Of a stretch of DNA of 56,813 nt, positions 34,751 through 44,187 are shown piece by piece. Position 1 is the stretch's first letter, and each line of letters opens with the position of its first letter. Origin of the DNA: an uncultured Oscillospiraceae bacterium (lineage in GTDB: Bacteria > Bacillota > Clostridia > Christensenellales > CAG-138); contig CAYZAW010000001.1 in assembly GCA_964476505.1 (NCBI GenBank), forward strand, positions 1 through 56,813, written 5' to 3'. Under the pieces are notes generated by a model, which saw only the letters and a program-made list of their open reading frames with translations, had not been told where the DNA came from and searched no databases. A program made the position numbers and the translations under genes.

Positions 34751-36235
34751 ATGAAAACGCTGGAATTCTTGGCATTTGACTTGGGCGCAAGCAACGGACG
34801 CGCTGTTTCGGGCGCGTTTGACGGGGAGCGCATCACGCTGACGGAGCGGCACCGCTTCGAGAACCACATCGTGAGGCAAAACGGCGTGCAGTATTGGGAT
34901 GCGCTGTATCTTTTGCGGGAGCTAAAGGCCGGCTTTGCCGCTTACCGGGCGGCGGGGGACGGCGCGCTTACAAGCTTTGGCATTGATACTTGGGGCGTGG
35001 ATTACGGTCTCTTGGATGCAAACGGCGCACTATTAAGCAATCCCCGTTGCTACCGGGACAGCACCGAGCAGGACGTACAGCGCGTGCACCTGCAAATACC
35101 GGCAAAAACGCTGTTTGACCGCACGGGTATTGCCAGCATGCCCTTTAATACGGTGTATCAGCTGCAAAAACGCGTTGCCGAGCAGGACAGCGCCCTGTTG
35201 GCGGCAAAAACGCTGCTGTTCTCCCCGGATTTATACGCGTACTTTTTAACGGGAGAAAAGTGCACGGAGTATACCATTGCCGCAACCAGCATGCTGTACC
35301 GGGGCGAAAAGCAGGCTTGGGATACCCAAACCATGGAGGCGCTTGGCATTCCCGCACAGATATTTACGGAGGTGGAGCGTGCAGGAACGCTTCGCGGCAG
35401 GCTTCTTACTGCGGTGGCGGAGGACTGCGGCGTAGAACGCGTGCCTTATGCAGTGGCAGGCGGGCACGATACGGCGTCGGCAGTGGCGGCGATTCCCGGA
35501 AAGGGAAGCTTTGCCTACTGCTCGTCTGGCACATGGTCTGTATTTGGCGTGGAAACGGAGCAGCCGGTATTAACGGAGGATGCGTTTCTTGCGGGCTTTA
35601 GCAGCGAGGGCTCTGTGCAGGGCGGCTTTCGCCCGGTCAAAACCATTATGGGGCTGTGGCTTGTGCAGGAATGCAGGCGGGAATGGCAGGCAAACGGGCA
35701 GCGCATCAGCTGGGACGATATCGTGTTGCAGGCACGGCAGGCGGAGCCCTTCCGCTCCATCATCGATGCGGACGAGGCACCCTTTTACGGCGCGGGCAAC
35801 ATGACGGAAAAAATACGTGCCTACTGCCGCCGTACGGGGCAGCCGGAGCCGGAAACCATTGGCCAGACCGCCCGCTGCATTTACGAAAGCTTGGCGCTCA
35901 AGTACAGGCAGGCGCTGGAGGCATTGGAAAATATCAAAGGGCGGCGTATCGATACGCTGCATATCGTGGGCGGCGGCATCCAGAACAGGCTGTTGAACCA
36001 GTTTGCCGCCAACGCTACAAAACGGCCTGTAATCACCGGCCCCACCGAGGGGGCTTGCGTCGGTAACCTGCTGATGCAGGCGATAGCGGTGGGCGCGATT
36101 GCGGGCATGCAGGAGCTTCGGGAGGTAGTGCGTATCTCCTTTGCAACCGAAGCCTACGAGCCTGCGGACGAACAGGCATGGGAGGATGCATACGGGCGGC
36201 TGTGCAGCTATGCCGCGAAGGACAGTACACGTTAA
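34751..36235 (+). CDS. Rhamnulokinase-like FGGY kinase (candidate L-fuculokinase)
   Basis: ATG 34751 lies behind AAGGAG. LAFDLGASNGRAV...RF.N......G..YWD is the RhaB-type N-terminus. The C-terminus has GGGIQNRLLNQ. Confidence 0.85.
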   Translation: MKTLEFLAFDLGASNGRAVSGAFDGERITLTERHRFENHIVRQNGVQYWDALYLLRELKAGFAAYRAAGDGALTSFGIDTWGVDYGLLDANGALLSNPRCYRDSTEQDVQRVHLQIPAKTLFDRTGIASMPFNTVYQLQKRVAEQDSALLAAKTLLFSPDLYAYFLTGEKCTEYTIAATSMLYRGEKQAWDTQTMEALGIPAQIFTEVERAGTLRGRLLTAVAEDCGVERVPYAVAGGHDTASAVAAIPGKGSFAYCSSGTWSVFGVETEQPVLTEDAFLAGFSSEGSVQGGFRPVKTIMGLWLVQECRREWQANGQRISWDDIVLQARQAEPFRSIIDADEAPFYGAGNMTEKIRAYCRRTGQPEPETIGQTARCIYESLALKYRQALEALENIKGRRIDTLHIVGGGIQNRLLNQFAANATKRPVITGPTEGACVGNLLMQAIAVGAIAGMQELREVVRISFATEAYEPADEQAWEDAYGRLCSYAAKDSTR

Positions 36236-36244
36236 GCAAAAGAT

Positions 36245-36275
36245 AAAACGCCGGGCACGATTGCCCGGCGTTTTT
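36245..36275. terminator. Bidirectional rho-independent terminator between convergent operons
   Basis: AAAACGCCGGGCA-CGAT-TGCCCGGCGTTTT. Confidence 0.75.
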
Positions 36276-36299
36276 GCGTCCGTTTAATTGCGTAGTAGC

Positions 36300-37565
36300 C
36301 TAGTTCTTTGGGGCTTTGGCATTCAATAAAATCGTTTCCGCCTCCGCGTTCCACAGACCGTTGGTTTTTGCGCAGGCGGTGTGGAGCTGACGGAACAAGG
36401 GATCGGTCTCGCCCAGCTTCGCGAAGTCCGCTATCGCCGTCAGCGGCATGTCGATGCCGGTATAGATCAGCTTTTTGCCGCCGGGAATCTCGGGCAGGTG
36501 CAGCGTGACCTCCGGTACGCAGTTCAGCCCGCCGATGTGGGTCACAAGGCCTGCGGGGTCGAGCTGCCCGCGGGACATCATCAATAGCGCTTCCTTCATA
36601 TCGTCTGTGTTGCCGCCGGAGGTGCCAACGATGTGCGTGCCCGCATAGTGCACGTTGTACAAATTCATTTTTGCGGAAAAAGCGGGGTCTGTGGGGCCTG
36701 CAAAAAAGTTCAGGCAGCCGTCCTCGGCAAGCAGGCTGTCTCCCAGCTCAAACACGGCGGTTACCGGCGCAAACACCGTAACGTCGTCATAAGCGCGCCC
36801 GTTATTGAGCGCTAAGAGGTCGGCCTTCGCATCGCCAACTGCCGCCGTGTTGCGGTAAATAAGCTTTACGCCGTTTTTTGCGACCTCCTCCGGGGGAACC
36901 AGCTTCGCCGCGCGGGCAAGGCGGCTGTCGTCTATATCCGTTACCACCAGAAGCGAGGGCCGTCTGTCGCAATGGGTAATGTAATTCACTGCCGCCAAGC
37001 CCATTGGGCCTGCGCCTGCAAGGATGGCCATGGAGCCGCCCTCGCGGATACCCATGCGGTGCTCGTAGCTGCCGCGCGTGGTGTGATACACCGCGTGGAA
37101 TGCGCCGATCACGCAGCTTAACGGCTCCGTCAGGCTGCCGGAAAAGAAGCTGTCGCCGTTATAGGGAAGCAGGCAGCCCATTTCCATGACCTCGTTGGGG
37201 ATAATAACATAGGTAGCATCTCCGCCGATATATCGATAGGAATACCCGGGCGCGGCAAGCGAGCCCTGATAGTTCAGCGCGGGCTGTATTACAAACTTTT
37301 GCCCCGGCGAAAACTGCCCCGCCCATTTTGCGCCTATCTCGATCAGTTCGCCGCAAAACTCATGGCCGATGATCACGGGGTTTTCCGCCACATCGTTCGG
37401 CACGCGCTTATGCGCCGCGCCCTGCTTTGCCGCTTTATAGCTGGACATACAAAGGCTGTCGGATACCACGCGGGCCAGTATTTCGTCCTGCCCGATGGGG
37501 GGGAGGTCAAATTCCTCCAAGCGAAGGTCTTCTTTCCCGTATAACCGAATGGCTCTCGTTTTCAT
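36300..37565 (-). CDS. SorE-like Zn-dependent dehydrogenase (L-sorbose-1-phosphate reductase family)
   Basis: MKTRAIRLYGKEDLRLEEFDLP...VVSDSLCMSSYKAAKQGAAHKRVPNDVAENPVIIGHEF tracks the SorE N-terminus block for block. ATG 37565 lies 4 nt after the PHP gene stop. Confidence 0.8.
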   Translation of the reverse strand: MKTRAIRLYGKEDLRLEEFDLPPIGQDEILARVVSDSLCMSSYKAAKQGAAHKRVPNDVAENPVIIGHEFCGELIEIGAKWAGQFSPGQKFVIQPALNYQGSLAAPGYSYRYIGGDATYVIIPNEVMEMGCLLPYNGDSFFSGSLTEPLSCVIGAFHAVYHTTRGSYEHRMGIREGGSMAILAGAGPMGLAAVNYITHCDRRPSLLVVTDIDDSRLARAAKLVPPEEVAKNGVKLIYRNTAAVGDAKADLLALNNGRAYDDVTVFAPVTAVFELGDSLLAEDGCLNFFAGPTDPAFSAKMNLYNVHYAGTHIVGTSGGNTDDMKEALLMMSRGQLDPAGLVTHIGGLNCVPEVTLHLPEIPGGKKLIYTGIDMPLTAIADFAKLGETDPLFRQLHTACAKTNGLWNAEAETILLNAKAPKN

Positions 37566-37569
37566 GTTG

Positions 37570-38628
37570 TTACTTCCTTTCTCGCTCAACCAGCGCCCAT
37601 GTTGCGTCGATCAAATGGTGGAATTGGGGCTTTTGCAGCTGCTCGCAGATAAAGCTTTGCCCAAGCGAATTTACGTCCTCGCCGGAGATCTGGCAAAGGT
37701 TGTGTTGGCGGCAAAGCGCCATCACCCGCTCCAGCTGCACAAGCGTGTTTCGGGAGGGCATAAACGTTACTCCGGATACGCCCGCCTCCGCCATAAAGCT
37801 TAACAGCTCGTCTAAATACCCGTCCTCATAGGTCGCCGCCGCTTTATCTCCCGTAGGAGAATTGGTCACGTCTCCAAGGTAGGCGTAGCACAGCACAGCG
37901 TCGATCTCCTTTGCAAAGGAAACGGCATCTGCAAGCGTCATTAATTCCTCCTTGGCGGGGATGTAGATTTGCGGCAGCAGGTCTTTTTTTAGCTTGCCCA
38001 GAAGCGCGTAGCGCTCGTCGCCGCCCTCCGACAGCAGCTTGCCTGTCAGTGCAAATAGAATGTGCCGCTCCGTTACCGCGCCGCCGTTTTGGTATTGAGA
38101 AAGCGGCAGCACGTCCCTCTCAAAATCCAAGGGAATACCGGTTTGCGCCGCCACGGCTTCCGTCATGCGGCGGTTTCGAAGGTTCCGCAGTTCCCGAAGC
38201 GGCGCTAAACGCGCTTCTGCCGCTGCAAAGTATTCCGGCTTAACGCTGTGAAAGGTAAGATACGCCATGCCCGGCTGATCCGGGCTGTTTAGGCGCTTGC
38301 CCTCCCAAGGCGTACCGTTTAAGGTCACGCGCATTTCAAAGCCGCAGGTAGCGCCTAAACCCGTCAGCCGCGCGGCCTCCCGAAATTCCGCAGCGCCGCC
38401 TATACTGTCGTGATCCATAATGCCTGCCGCAGGCAGCCCTGCCGCCCGGGCAAACCATACGGCTGCCGTGGGGGAATAGGGCGAAAAGGAAAAGGTGGTA
38501 TGAATATGATTGTTGGCAAACGCGGGCTTCACCGCAGGCGGCTCTTTCTCGCGGGAAAGCAGCAGCTTCAGCGCGTCAAGGCGTGACGCGGCATCCGGTG
38601 CGTTCAATAGCGCTCTTTCGTTATTCAT
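37570..38628 (-). CDS. PHP-domain metal-dependent phosphoesterase
   Basis: NNHIHTTFSFSPYSP and GIMDHDS motifs. ATGA overlap with the upstream short-chain dehydrogenase/reductase (SDR) stop. Confidence 0.8.
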   Translation of the reverse strand: MNNERALLNAPDAASRLDALKLLLSREKEPPAVKPAFANNHIHTTFSFSPYSPTAAVWFARAAGLPAAGIMDHDSIGGAAEFREAARLTGLGATCGFEMRVTLNGTPWEGKRLNSPDQPGMAYLTFHSVKPEYFAAAEARLAPLRELRNLRNRRMTEAVAAQTGIPLDFERDVLPLSQYQNGGAVTERHILFALTGKLLSEGGDERYALLGKLKKDLLPQIYIPAKEELMTLADAVSFAKEIDAVLCYAYLGDVTNSPTGDKAAATYEDGYLDELLSFMAEAGVSGVTFMPSRNTLVQLERVMALCRQHNLCQISGEDVNSLGQSFICEQLQKPQFHHLIDATWALVERERK

Positions 38629-39497
38629 CCCAACATCACCTGCCCGCCGCTGACAGGAATCGCCTGTCCGGTTTCGTATAACTGCTCCACGCAGTAAAAC
38701 AGCGCCTTGGCTACGTCAGATGGCAGGCAGCCGCGACGGATGGGGGATTTGGAGAGGTAATACTTCTTTACGTCCTCTATGGTTTTTGCCCCCGGCACCT
38801 TGCCCGCATGCAGATACTGCACAAATAAGCCGCGCTCCGGGTCGCTCCACAACGGGCCGTCGTAATAATTGCCGGGGCATATGGCGTTTACCTTGATTTG
38901 ATAGGGTGCAAGCTCCAGCGCAAAGCTTTGCGTAAGGCCAATGCCGCCGAACTTTCCGCCCGCATACGCGAAGTTGGCTTTGGAGCCCGTTAAGCCTGAT
39001 TTGGAATTGATCTGCACGATGTCGTGCCATCGGCTGTTGTCTGCTTCAAACTGGGCGCGCATGATCTGCGAGGCGTATTTGGCACACAAAAAGTACCCGG
39101 TGTAGTTTACCCGGGTCACAAAGGCAAAATCCTCCGCCGTCAGCTCCGGCAGCCCGCCTGCCCGCAGTACGCCGGCGTTGGATACAAATATGTCGATGCC
39201 GCCAAAAAGCTCCACCGCGCCTATCATCAGCGCCCGCACGCTGCTTTCGTCGGATACGTCCACGGGGAAAAACTGCGCGCGTTCCCCCAAACGCCGGGCT
39301 GCGGCAGTGCCGGTCTCCGGATTGAGGTCGGCAATGAGAACGTCCGCCCCTTCCTGATACATCTCCTCCGCCAGCCCGTAGCCAAAGCCCTGCGCGCCGC
39401 CGGTGATGACGGTGATCTTGCCGCAAAGCCTGCCGGGATGGTTGGAGCGTTTGTGCACATTGGCGGCAGACAGCCGCTTGGCTTCCTCAAAATCCAC
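38625..39497 (-). CDS. SrlD-like short-chain dehydrogenase (sorbitol-6-phosphate 2-dehydrogenase family)
   Basis: GTG start behind AGGAGGG. TGGAQGFG, IVQINSKSGLTGSKANFAYAGGKFGGIGLTQSFALELA and TGQAIPVSGGQVML parallel E. coli SrlD blocks. Confidence 0.85.
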   Translation of the reverse strand: MDFEEAKRLSAANVHKRSNHPGRLCGKITVITGGAQGFGYGLAEEMYQEGADVLIADLNPETGTAAARRLGERAQFFPVDVSDESSVRALMIGAVELFGGIDIFVSNAGVLRAGGLPELTAEDFAFVTRVNYTGYFLCAKYASQIMRAQFEADNSRWHDIVQINSKSGLTGSKANFAYAGGKFGGIGLTQSFALELAPYQIKVNAICPGNYYDGPLWSDPERGLFVQYLHAGKVPGAKTIEDVKKYYLSKSPIRRGCLPSDVAKALFYCVEQLYETGQAIPVSGGQVMLG

Positions 39498-39526
39498 GGT
39501 GATACCCTCCTAAAAAACTATAAAAA

Positions 39527-40285
39527 TCATTCACAAACCAGCGTTACCGCAGCGTCCGTAAGCGCCTGTGCCCACGCTTCACTTGGCGCGGCATCGGTCA
39601 CAAGAACGGAAATGTCATGAAGGCTGCCAATGGACGCAAATGCCGTTCGGTTGAATTTGCGGCTGTCCACCGCCAGTATCACGCGCTCGGCAGAGGCGAT
39701 GATGGCACGCTTGATCACAGCGGTTTCCTCCGTAGATTCCGTAATGCCTGCATGCTTACTTAAGCCAGTGCAGGAAAGCACGGCAAAGTCTGCATGGTAT
39801 TCCCGAAAGAACTGATCTACCCGGCGGCCGGTAAGCGCCATAACGTCGCCCACAAGGCTGCCGCCGGTCAACAGCACGTTCCAGCCCTTGCCGCCGCGAA
39901 CGGTGATGGCGGTCTCGATGGAGTTTGTGATAAGCGTGATGTTCTCCTTGCCAAGTAGCGCGTGGGCAACGTACAGCGCCGTTGAGCTTTCGTCCAGCAT
40001 GATACTCGCGCCGTTTGGGATCAGGTTGGCTACGGCGGCGGCGATTTTTTGCTTTTGCGCCACGTTGGATTTTTTACGCACCGGGTAAGGCAATACGCGC
40101 TGCTCGCCAATGAAGGTAGCGCCGCCGTAGCTGCGCTTTGCAAAGCCCTCGCGCTCCAGTTTTTCCAGATCGCGGCGGATGGTCTCCTCCGACACGCCAA
40201 ATTCCTCGCTTAAGGGCGGGATGCTAACGCTGCCCTCCCGCTCCAAACGCTCTAGTATCAGGTTTTTTCTTTGAACAGATAACAA
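39527..40285 (-). CDS. DeoR/GlpR-family transcriptional regulator
   Basis: TTG start behind GGAGGG. RKNLILERLEREGSVSIPPLSEEFGVSEETIRRDLEKLE HTH and a C-terminal DeoR sugar-binding domain. Confidence 0.9.
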   Translation of the reverse strand: MLSVQRKNLILERLEREGSVSIPPLSEEFGVSEETIRRDLEKLEREGFAKRSYGGATFIGEQRVLPYPVRKKSNVAQKQKIAAAVANLIPNGASIMLDESSTALYVAHALLGKENITLITNSIETAITVRGGKGWNVLLTGGSLVGDVMALTGRRVDQFFREYHADFAVLSCTGLSKHAGITESTEETAVIKRAIIASAERVILAVDSRKFNRTAFASIGSLHDISVLVTDAAPSEAWAQALTDAAVTLVCE

Positions 40286-40324
40286 AACCGTAACCCTCCG
40301 TTATTCCCGGATGATGTTACGGTC

Positions 40325-40353
40325 AGTATAACAGGTTGCGCCACAACAGTCAA
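40325..40353 (-). promoter_or_regulatory. Sigma-A-type promoter of the DeoR operon (TTGACT-17-TATACT on the minus strand)
   Basis: Plus-strand AGTCAA at 40348-40353 and AGTATA at 40325-40330 with a 17-nt spacer. Confidence 0.5.
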
Positions 40354-40425
40354 CAACAATACGCATAAATCCACAAAACACAACAAACGAGATGCATATA
40401 CTTGTGGATTTAAGGGAAGAGGGCA

Positions 40426-42390
40426 TTACTCGCTTGCGTACTGCAAGCCCTCTACAAGGGGGATAATAGCCCCTGCCCGCACGAATACGGGAATGCGGCT
40501 GATGGTAACGGGCACTGTGATCTCCTGCCCGCCCGGATAGACCCGGCCGGTTTCAAAATCCGTCCAATCGCAGCCCGTGGGAAGATAGCAGCGCCAAACG
40601 GGGTTTTGCACGGCGGGGTACAGGATGGGTTCCGTTACCGGGCAAACCAAGATATCCCGCCCGAACATGAATTCGTTCTCAATATCCTTTGCGCGAGGGT
40701 CGTCTGGAAAATCGAACAGCAGGCAGCGCATCATGGTATCGTGTGCGGAGGATACGCGCTCTGCCATGGCAGTGATGTAGGGCATCAGCCGGTAGCGAAG
40801 GCGAATCGTTTCGATGATGGCGCTTTGAAAGGGCTCTTCAAACTGCCAGTATTCCCGGGGCGTATCTGTTCCGTGGGAGCGGAATATAGGTAAAAAACAG
40901 GAAAATTGCAGCCAGCGGGTGTAAAGCTCTTGATAGCTTTTGTCCTTTACGCCGTTATCGTACTGCCCATGCCAGAACCAAACAGGCTCCGCGTTGGTGT
41001 CGCCCTTCCACTTGCGCCAGCAGGCGGTGCCGCCCGCAAAAAACGCGCCCGTGTCTACCGTCCAGTACGGAATGCCGCACATACAAAGGCTCATGCCCTT
41101 CACGATCTCCCGGCGCAGCTCGTCCCAGCTGGCGCTGGTGTCGCCCGCCCACAGGATGGCACCGTATTTTTGGATGCCCGCCCAACCGGAGCGCGTTAAA
41201 TTGACCACCGGCTTTTGCGGCTGGTTATAGTATATGCCTTTTGCGTGAACAAGCGCGTAGGCGTTTGCCACGGCAGGGTCTAAGTATTTTTCATGCTCTT
41301 CTCCCACCAAGCGGTACCGTTCCTGCTCGCTTTTTTTGTGTTCCCCGCACCAGTCCGGTGAGGAAAAGGGCTCTGTGCTGTCGCACCACCACGCGTCAAA
41401 GCCGTTTTGGTATAAGCCCTGCTCCATCTGCTGCCAATAGAGTGCCCTTGCGTTTTCATCAAAAGCATCGTATGTGGAATAATCCCCCAGCAGCCAGTCA
41501 TGCGCCGCAAATGCGGCATGGTCGGAGCCGCCCGCGTTCATGTTAGGCCAAACGGATACGGCACTGTGCACGTGCATGGCATGCAGTTGTTCGGTGACCG
41601 GCTTGATATCTTTGTACCGGGCGGCGTCTAAGTGCTTATCCCCCCAAAGATCGCCCTCCCATGTTTTCCAGTCCTGCACCACAACGTCAAGCGGCACTTG
41701 ATCCTGCCGGTGCCTGTTTGCCACATCCAACAACGCCTGCGCCGTTTCATACCGTTCCTTGGACTGCCAGTAACCAAACACCCAAGGCGGCATTTTCGCC
41801 GCGCGGCCTGTCAGCGTGCGGTAGCCCGCCACGATCTCGTCCATGGAGCCGGTGATCACATACAGATCCACCTGATCCACGCAGGCAAGGGTAACGCGGC
41901 AGGGGCTGGCGCTGTCGTCAAACACCATCAGGCAGGCGCAGTCGAACAACACCGCATACCCTAGGCTGGACACAAATATCGGCATGGGGATCTTCATATT
42001 ATGCTGATACAGGTATTCGATGGTGCCCCGCTTTTGAAAAACGCCCTGCTCGTCCTGCCCAAGCCCAAATATCCTTTCGTTCTCGGCAAACGTGAAGGAA
42101 ACCTCTGCCCGATAGGACGTACGCACAAACCGGCTTTTTAGGTTCTCGATAACGGTTCGCTGTCCGTCCACCGTTTTGATTACCTTCACCATGGGCTTGC
42201 CCTCCGGCAGCGCGTGGAAGACCTTGCGCGGCGTGAAGCGCACTTGGGTAACAGGCGCGGCGCTGCCGTTGCAGGGCGTGCCATTGAAATAGCCGGCATC
42301 CACAACGCAGGGAATGTTTTGGATGCTGCTGCCGGGAGAAAAGCTGCACCGCACGATATTGCTTTGTATCTGTAAATACTGCTCTTTCAT
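40426..42390 (-). CDS. Glycoside hydrolase family 31 (alpha-xylosidase/alpha-glucosidase-like)
   Basis: ATG 42390 sits directly after the permease stop. GH31 blocks: GLGQ, PMPIFVSS.GY..LFD, PPWVFGYWQSK, FDAWWCDSTEP, FRSHG. Confidence 0.85.
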   Translation of the reverse strand: MKEQYLQIQSNIVRCSFSPGSSIQNIPCVVDAGYFNGTPCNGSAAPVTQVRFTPRKVFHALPEGKPMVKVIKTVDGQRTVIENLKSRFVRTSYRAEVSFTFAENERIFGLGQDEQGVFQKRGTIEYLYQHNMKIPMPIFVSSLGYAVLFDCACLMVFDDSASPCRVTLACVDQVDLYVITGSMDEIVAGYRTLTGRAAKMPPWVFGYWQSKERYETAQALLDVANRHRQDQVPLDVVVQDWKTWEGDLWGDKHLDAARYKDIKPVTEQLHAMHVHSAVSVWPNMNAGGSDHAAFAAHDWLLGDYSTYDAFDENARALYWQQMEQGLYQNGFDAWWCDSTEPFSSPDWCGEHKKSEQERYRLVGEEHEKYLDPAVANAYALVHAKGIYYNQPQKPVVNLTRSGWAGIQKYGAILWAGDTSASWDELRREIVKGMSLCMCGIPYWTVDTGAFFAGGTACWRKWKGDTNAEPVWFWHGQYDNGVKDKSYQELYTRWLQFSCFLPIFRSHGTDTPREYWQFEEPFQSAIIETIRLRYRLMPYITAMAERVSSAHDTMMRCLLFDFPDDPRAKDIENEFMFGRDILVCPVTEPILYPAVQNPVWRCYLPTGCDWTDFETGRVYPGGQEITVPVTISRIPVFVRAGAIIPLVEGLQYASE

Positions 42391-42392
42391 AT

Positions 42393-43217
42393 TTATCCCT
42401 TTACGGCGCCCGCTGTCATGCCGGACACGATGTATTTTTGCCCGAACAGGTACACAAGGATTACCGGCAGGCTGGTCAAAACGATGTCCGCGCAGACCAG
42501 ATTCCAATCCTTAAAATACATGCCAAAGAAGTTGTACACCGCCAGCGTCATAGGCCACTTTGTGGATTCGCCCAAGAAATACAGCGGCATAACAAACTCG
42601 TTCCATGTGTTGAGGAAGGTAAGCACCATCACCGTTACCAGCACCGGCTTTAAAAGCGGCACGATAACGGAGAAAAACAGGCGCAGCGGCGAGCAGCCGT
42701 CGATAATGCCCGCTTCGTCGATATCCTGCGGTATCTTTCCGATGAACGAATAGATGAGGAATATGTTGAACGGGAGCTGTATGGCGGAATACAAAAGGAT
42801 AATACCGATGCGGCTGTTGTTCAGCTGGAAAAACTGCATGACGCGCATCAGCGCCACAAAGTTTACCGGCATGGTGATACCAAGCACCAGATAGAAATAT
42901 AAAAAGTTATGCAGCTTGCTGCGGCGGCGAGACAGAGAATACGCCGCCAGTGCCGCTAACAGCGTTGTAAGCGCCACGCTGCCTACGGAGTAGAGCAGGC
43001 TGTTTAAAAACGCCGTGCCCAGCTTGCCCTTTTCAATAACAGTGGAAAAATTGTCCCACTGGATGGTCTGCGGCAGCTGCAAAGACATTTCGGAGGCCGC
43101 GGCGCTGTCCTTCATGGCGTTGAAGAGTATCAAGATCAACGGTGTTAATAATACGATGGATATGATCCACGCGGCAATGTTTGCGAGGAGTACCTGCCAC
43201 CTTTTTTTCGTTTTCAT
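42393..43217 (-). CDS. CUT1 carbohydrate ABC permease (MalG-like)
   Basis: EAA-loop region DIDEAGIIDGCSPLRLFFSVIVPL. 6 TM segments. Confidence 0.9.
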   Translation of the reverse strand: MKTKKRWQVLLANIAAWIISIVLLTPLILILFNAMKDSAAASEMSLQLPQTIQWDNFSTVIEKGKLGTAFLNSLLYSVGSVALTTLLAALAAYSLSRRRSKLHNFLYFYLVLGITMPVNFVALMRVMQFFQLNNSRIGIILLYSAIQLPFNIFLIYSFIGKIPQDIDEAGIIDGCSPLRLFFSVIVPLLKPVLVTVMVLTFLNTWNEFVMPLYFLGESTKWPMTLAVYNFFGMYFKDWNLVCADIVLTSLPVILVYLFGQKYIVSGMTAGAVKG

Positions 43218-44083
43218 TATTCCGCCACCTCGTTTTTGGTCATCAGTTTAATAAGGAAGTAGCCTACGATCACCATTACCGCAAACATAATGGAAGACAG
43301 CGTGGTGCCGATGGCATACCGCCCCAGCCCGAACTCCTTGTACACCGTTGTGTACAGCACCTCCGTTGCGTACCCGGGGCCGCCGTTTGTAAGCGCATAT
43401 ACCATATCGAACACCTTCAGGCCGTATATCACGTTCAATACGGTGGTAACGGTGATGGTGGGCATCAGCATGGGAAGCGTGATGGAACGGAACTTTTGCC
43501 AGCCGTTTGCCCCGTCGATATCGGCCGCTTCATAATAAGTGGGGGAGATGGATAAAATGCCGGCAATGAATATGGTCATGATGTAGCCCATGCCCTTCCA
43601 AACGTCCACCCCCATGACCGACCAGAAGGCGAGCTTGGGGTTAGAAAGCCATTTGGGGCCGTTGATGCCAAAGATGCGCAGGAATGTATTCATGAGACCC
43701 ATTTCCGGGTTTAAGATCGATTTGAATATCATGCCTGCGATCAGCGCGGACAGCACCGCAGGAATGTACATCACCGCACGGTGGAAGTTCAAAAGCCTGA
43801 TCTTTTTTGTGAGCAGCAGCGCCAAAAGCAAGCCGAGCACGTTCTTTAGCATGGTGGTAACAAAGGTGAACAGCACGGTATTGCCTAAGTACTTGATGTA
43901 ATTCTCTTCGGGGGAAAACACCTCCCGAAAGTTGTCTAAGCCAACAAAGTGGAGCGTATCCGAATACACGGACCAATCCGTAAAGGAGTACCCCACGCCG
44001 ATCAAGCCCGGCAGCACATATAACAGCGTGTATAAAATCAATGCGCCCAATACGAAGTAGGTTGGATATTGTTTCTTTTTCAT
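43217..44083 (-). CDS. CUT1 carbohydrate ABC permease (MalF-like)
   Basis: YEAADIDGANGWQKFRSITLPML EAA loop. TAATG overlap with the downstream permease. Confidence 0.9.
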   Translation of the reverse strand: MKKKQYPTYFVLGALILYTLLYVLPGLIGVGYSFTDWSVYSDTLHFVGLDNFREVFSPEENYIKYLGNTVLFTFVTTMLKNVLGLLLALLLTKKIRLLNFHRAVMYIPAVLSALIAGMIFKSILNPEMGLMNTFLRIFGINGPKWLSNPKLAFWSVMGVDVWKGMGYIMTIFIAGILSISPTYYEAADIDGANGWQKFRSITLPMLMPTITVTTVLNVIYGLKVFDMVYALTNGGPGYATEVLYTTVYKEFGLGRYAIGTTLSSIMFAVMVIVGYFLIKLMTKNEVAE

Positions 44084-44121
44084 AGCAGTTACTCTCTGTT
44101 CATAAGGTATTGCTTTTATGG

Positions 44122-44155
44122 AATACGGACAAGTGAAGCGTCACTTGTCCGTATT
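44122..44155 (-). other. 14-bp perfect stem-loop between the binding-protein gene and the permease genes, with no U-tract
   Basis: AATACGGACAAGTG-N6-CACTTGTCCGTATT. Confidence 0.6.
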
Positions 44156-44187
44156 CTTGAAAGGGAAATCACATGAAGAACACTTGT

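Noticed and set aside
42391-42507. 39-aa N-terminal extension of the GH31 ORF overlapping the upstream permease gene
   Set aside because: The extension is Arg/Gly-rich and overlaps the permease C-terminus. ATG 42390 immediately follows the permease stop and begins a typical GH31 N-terminus.
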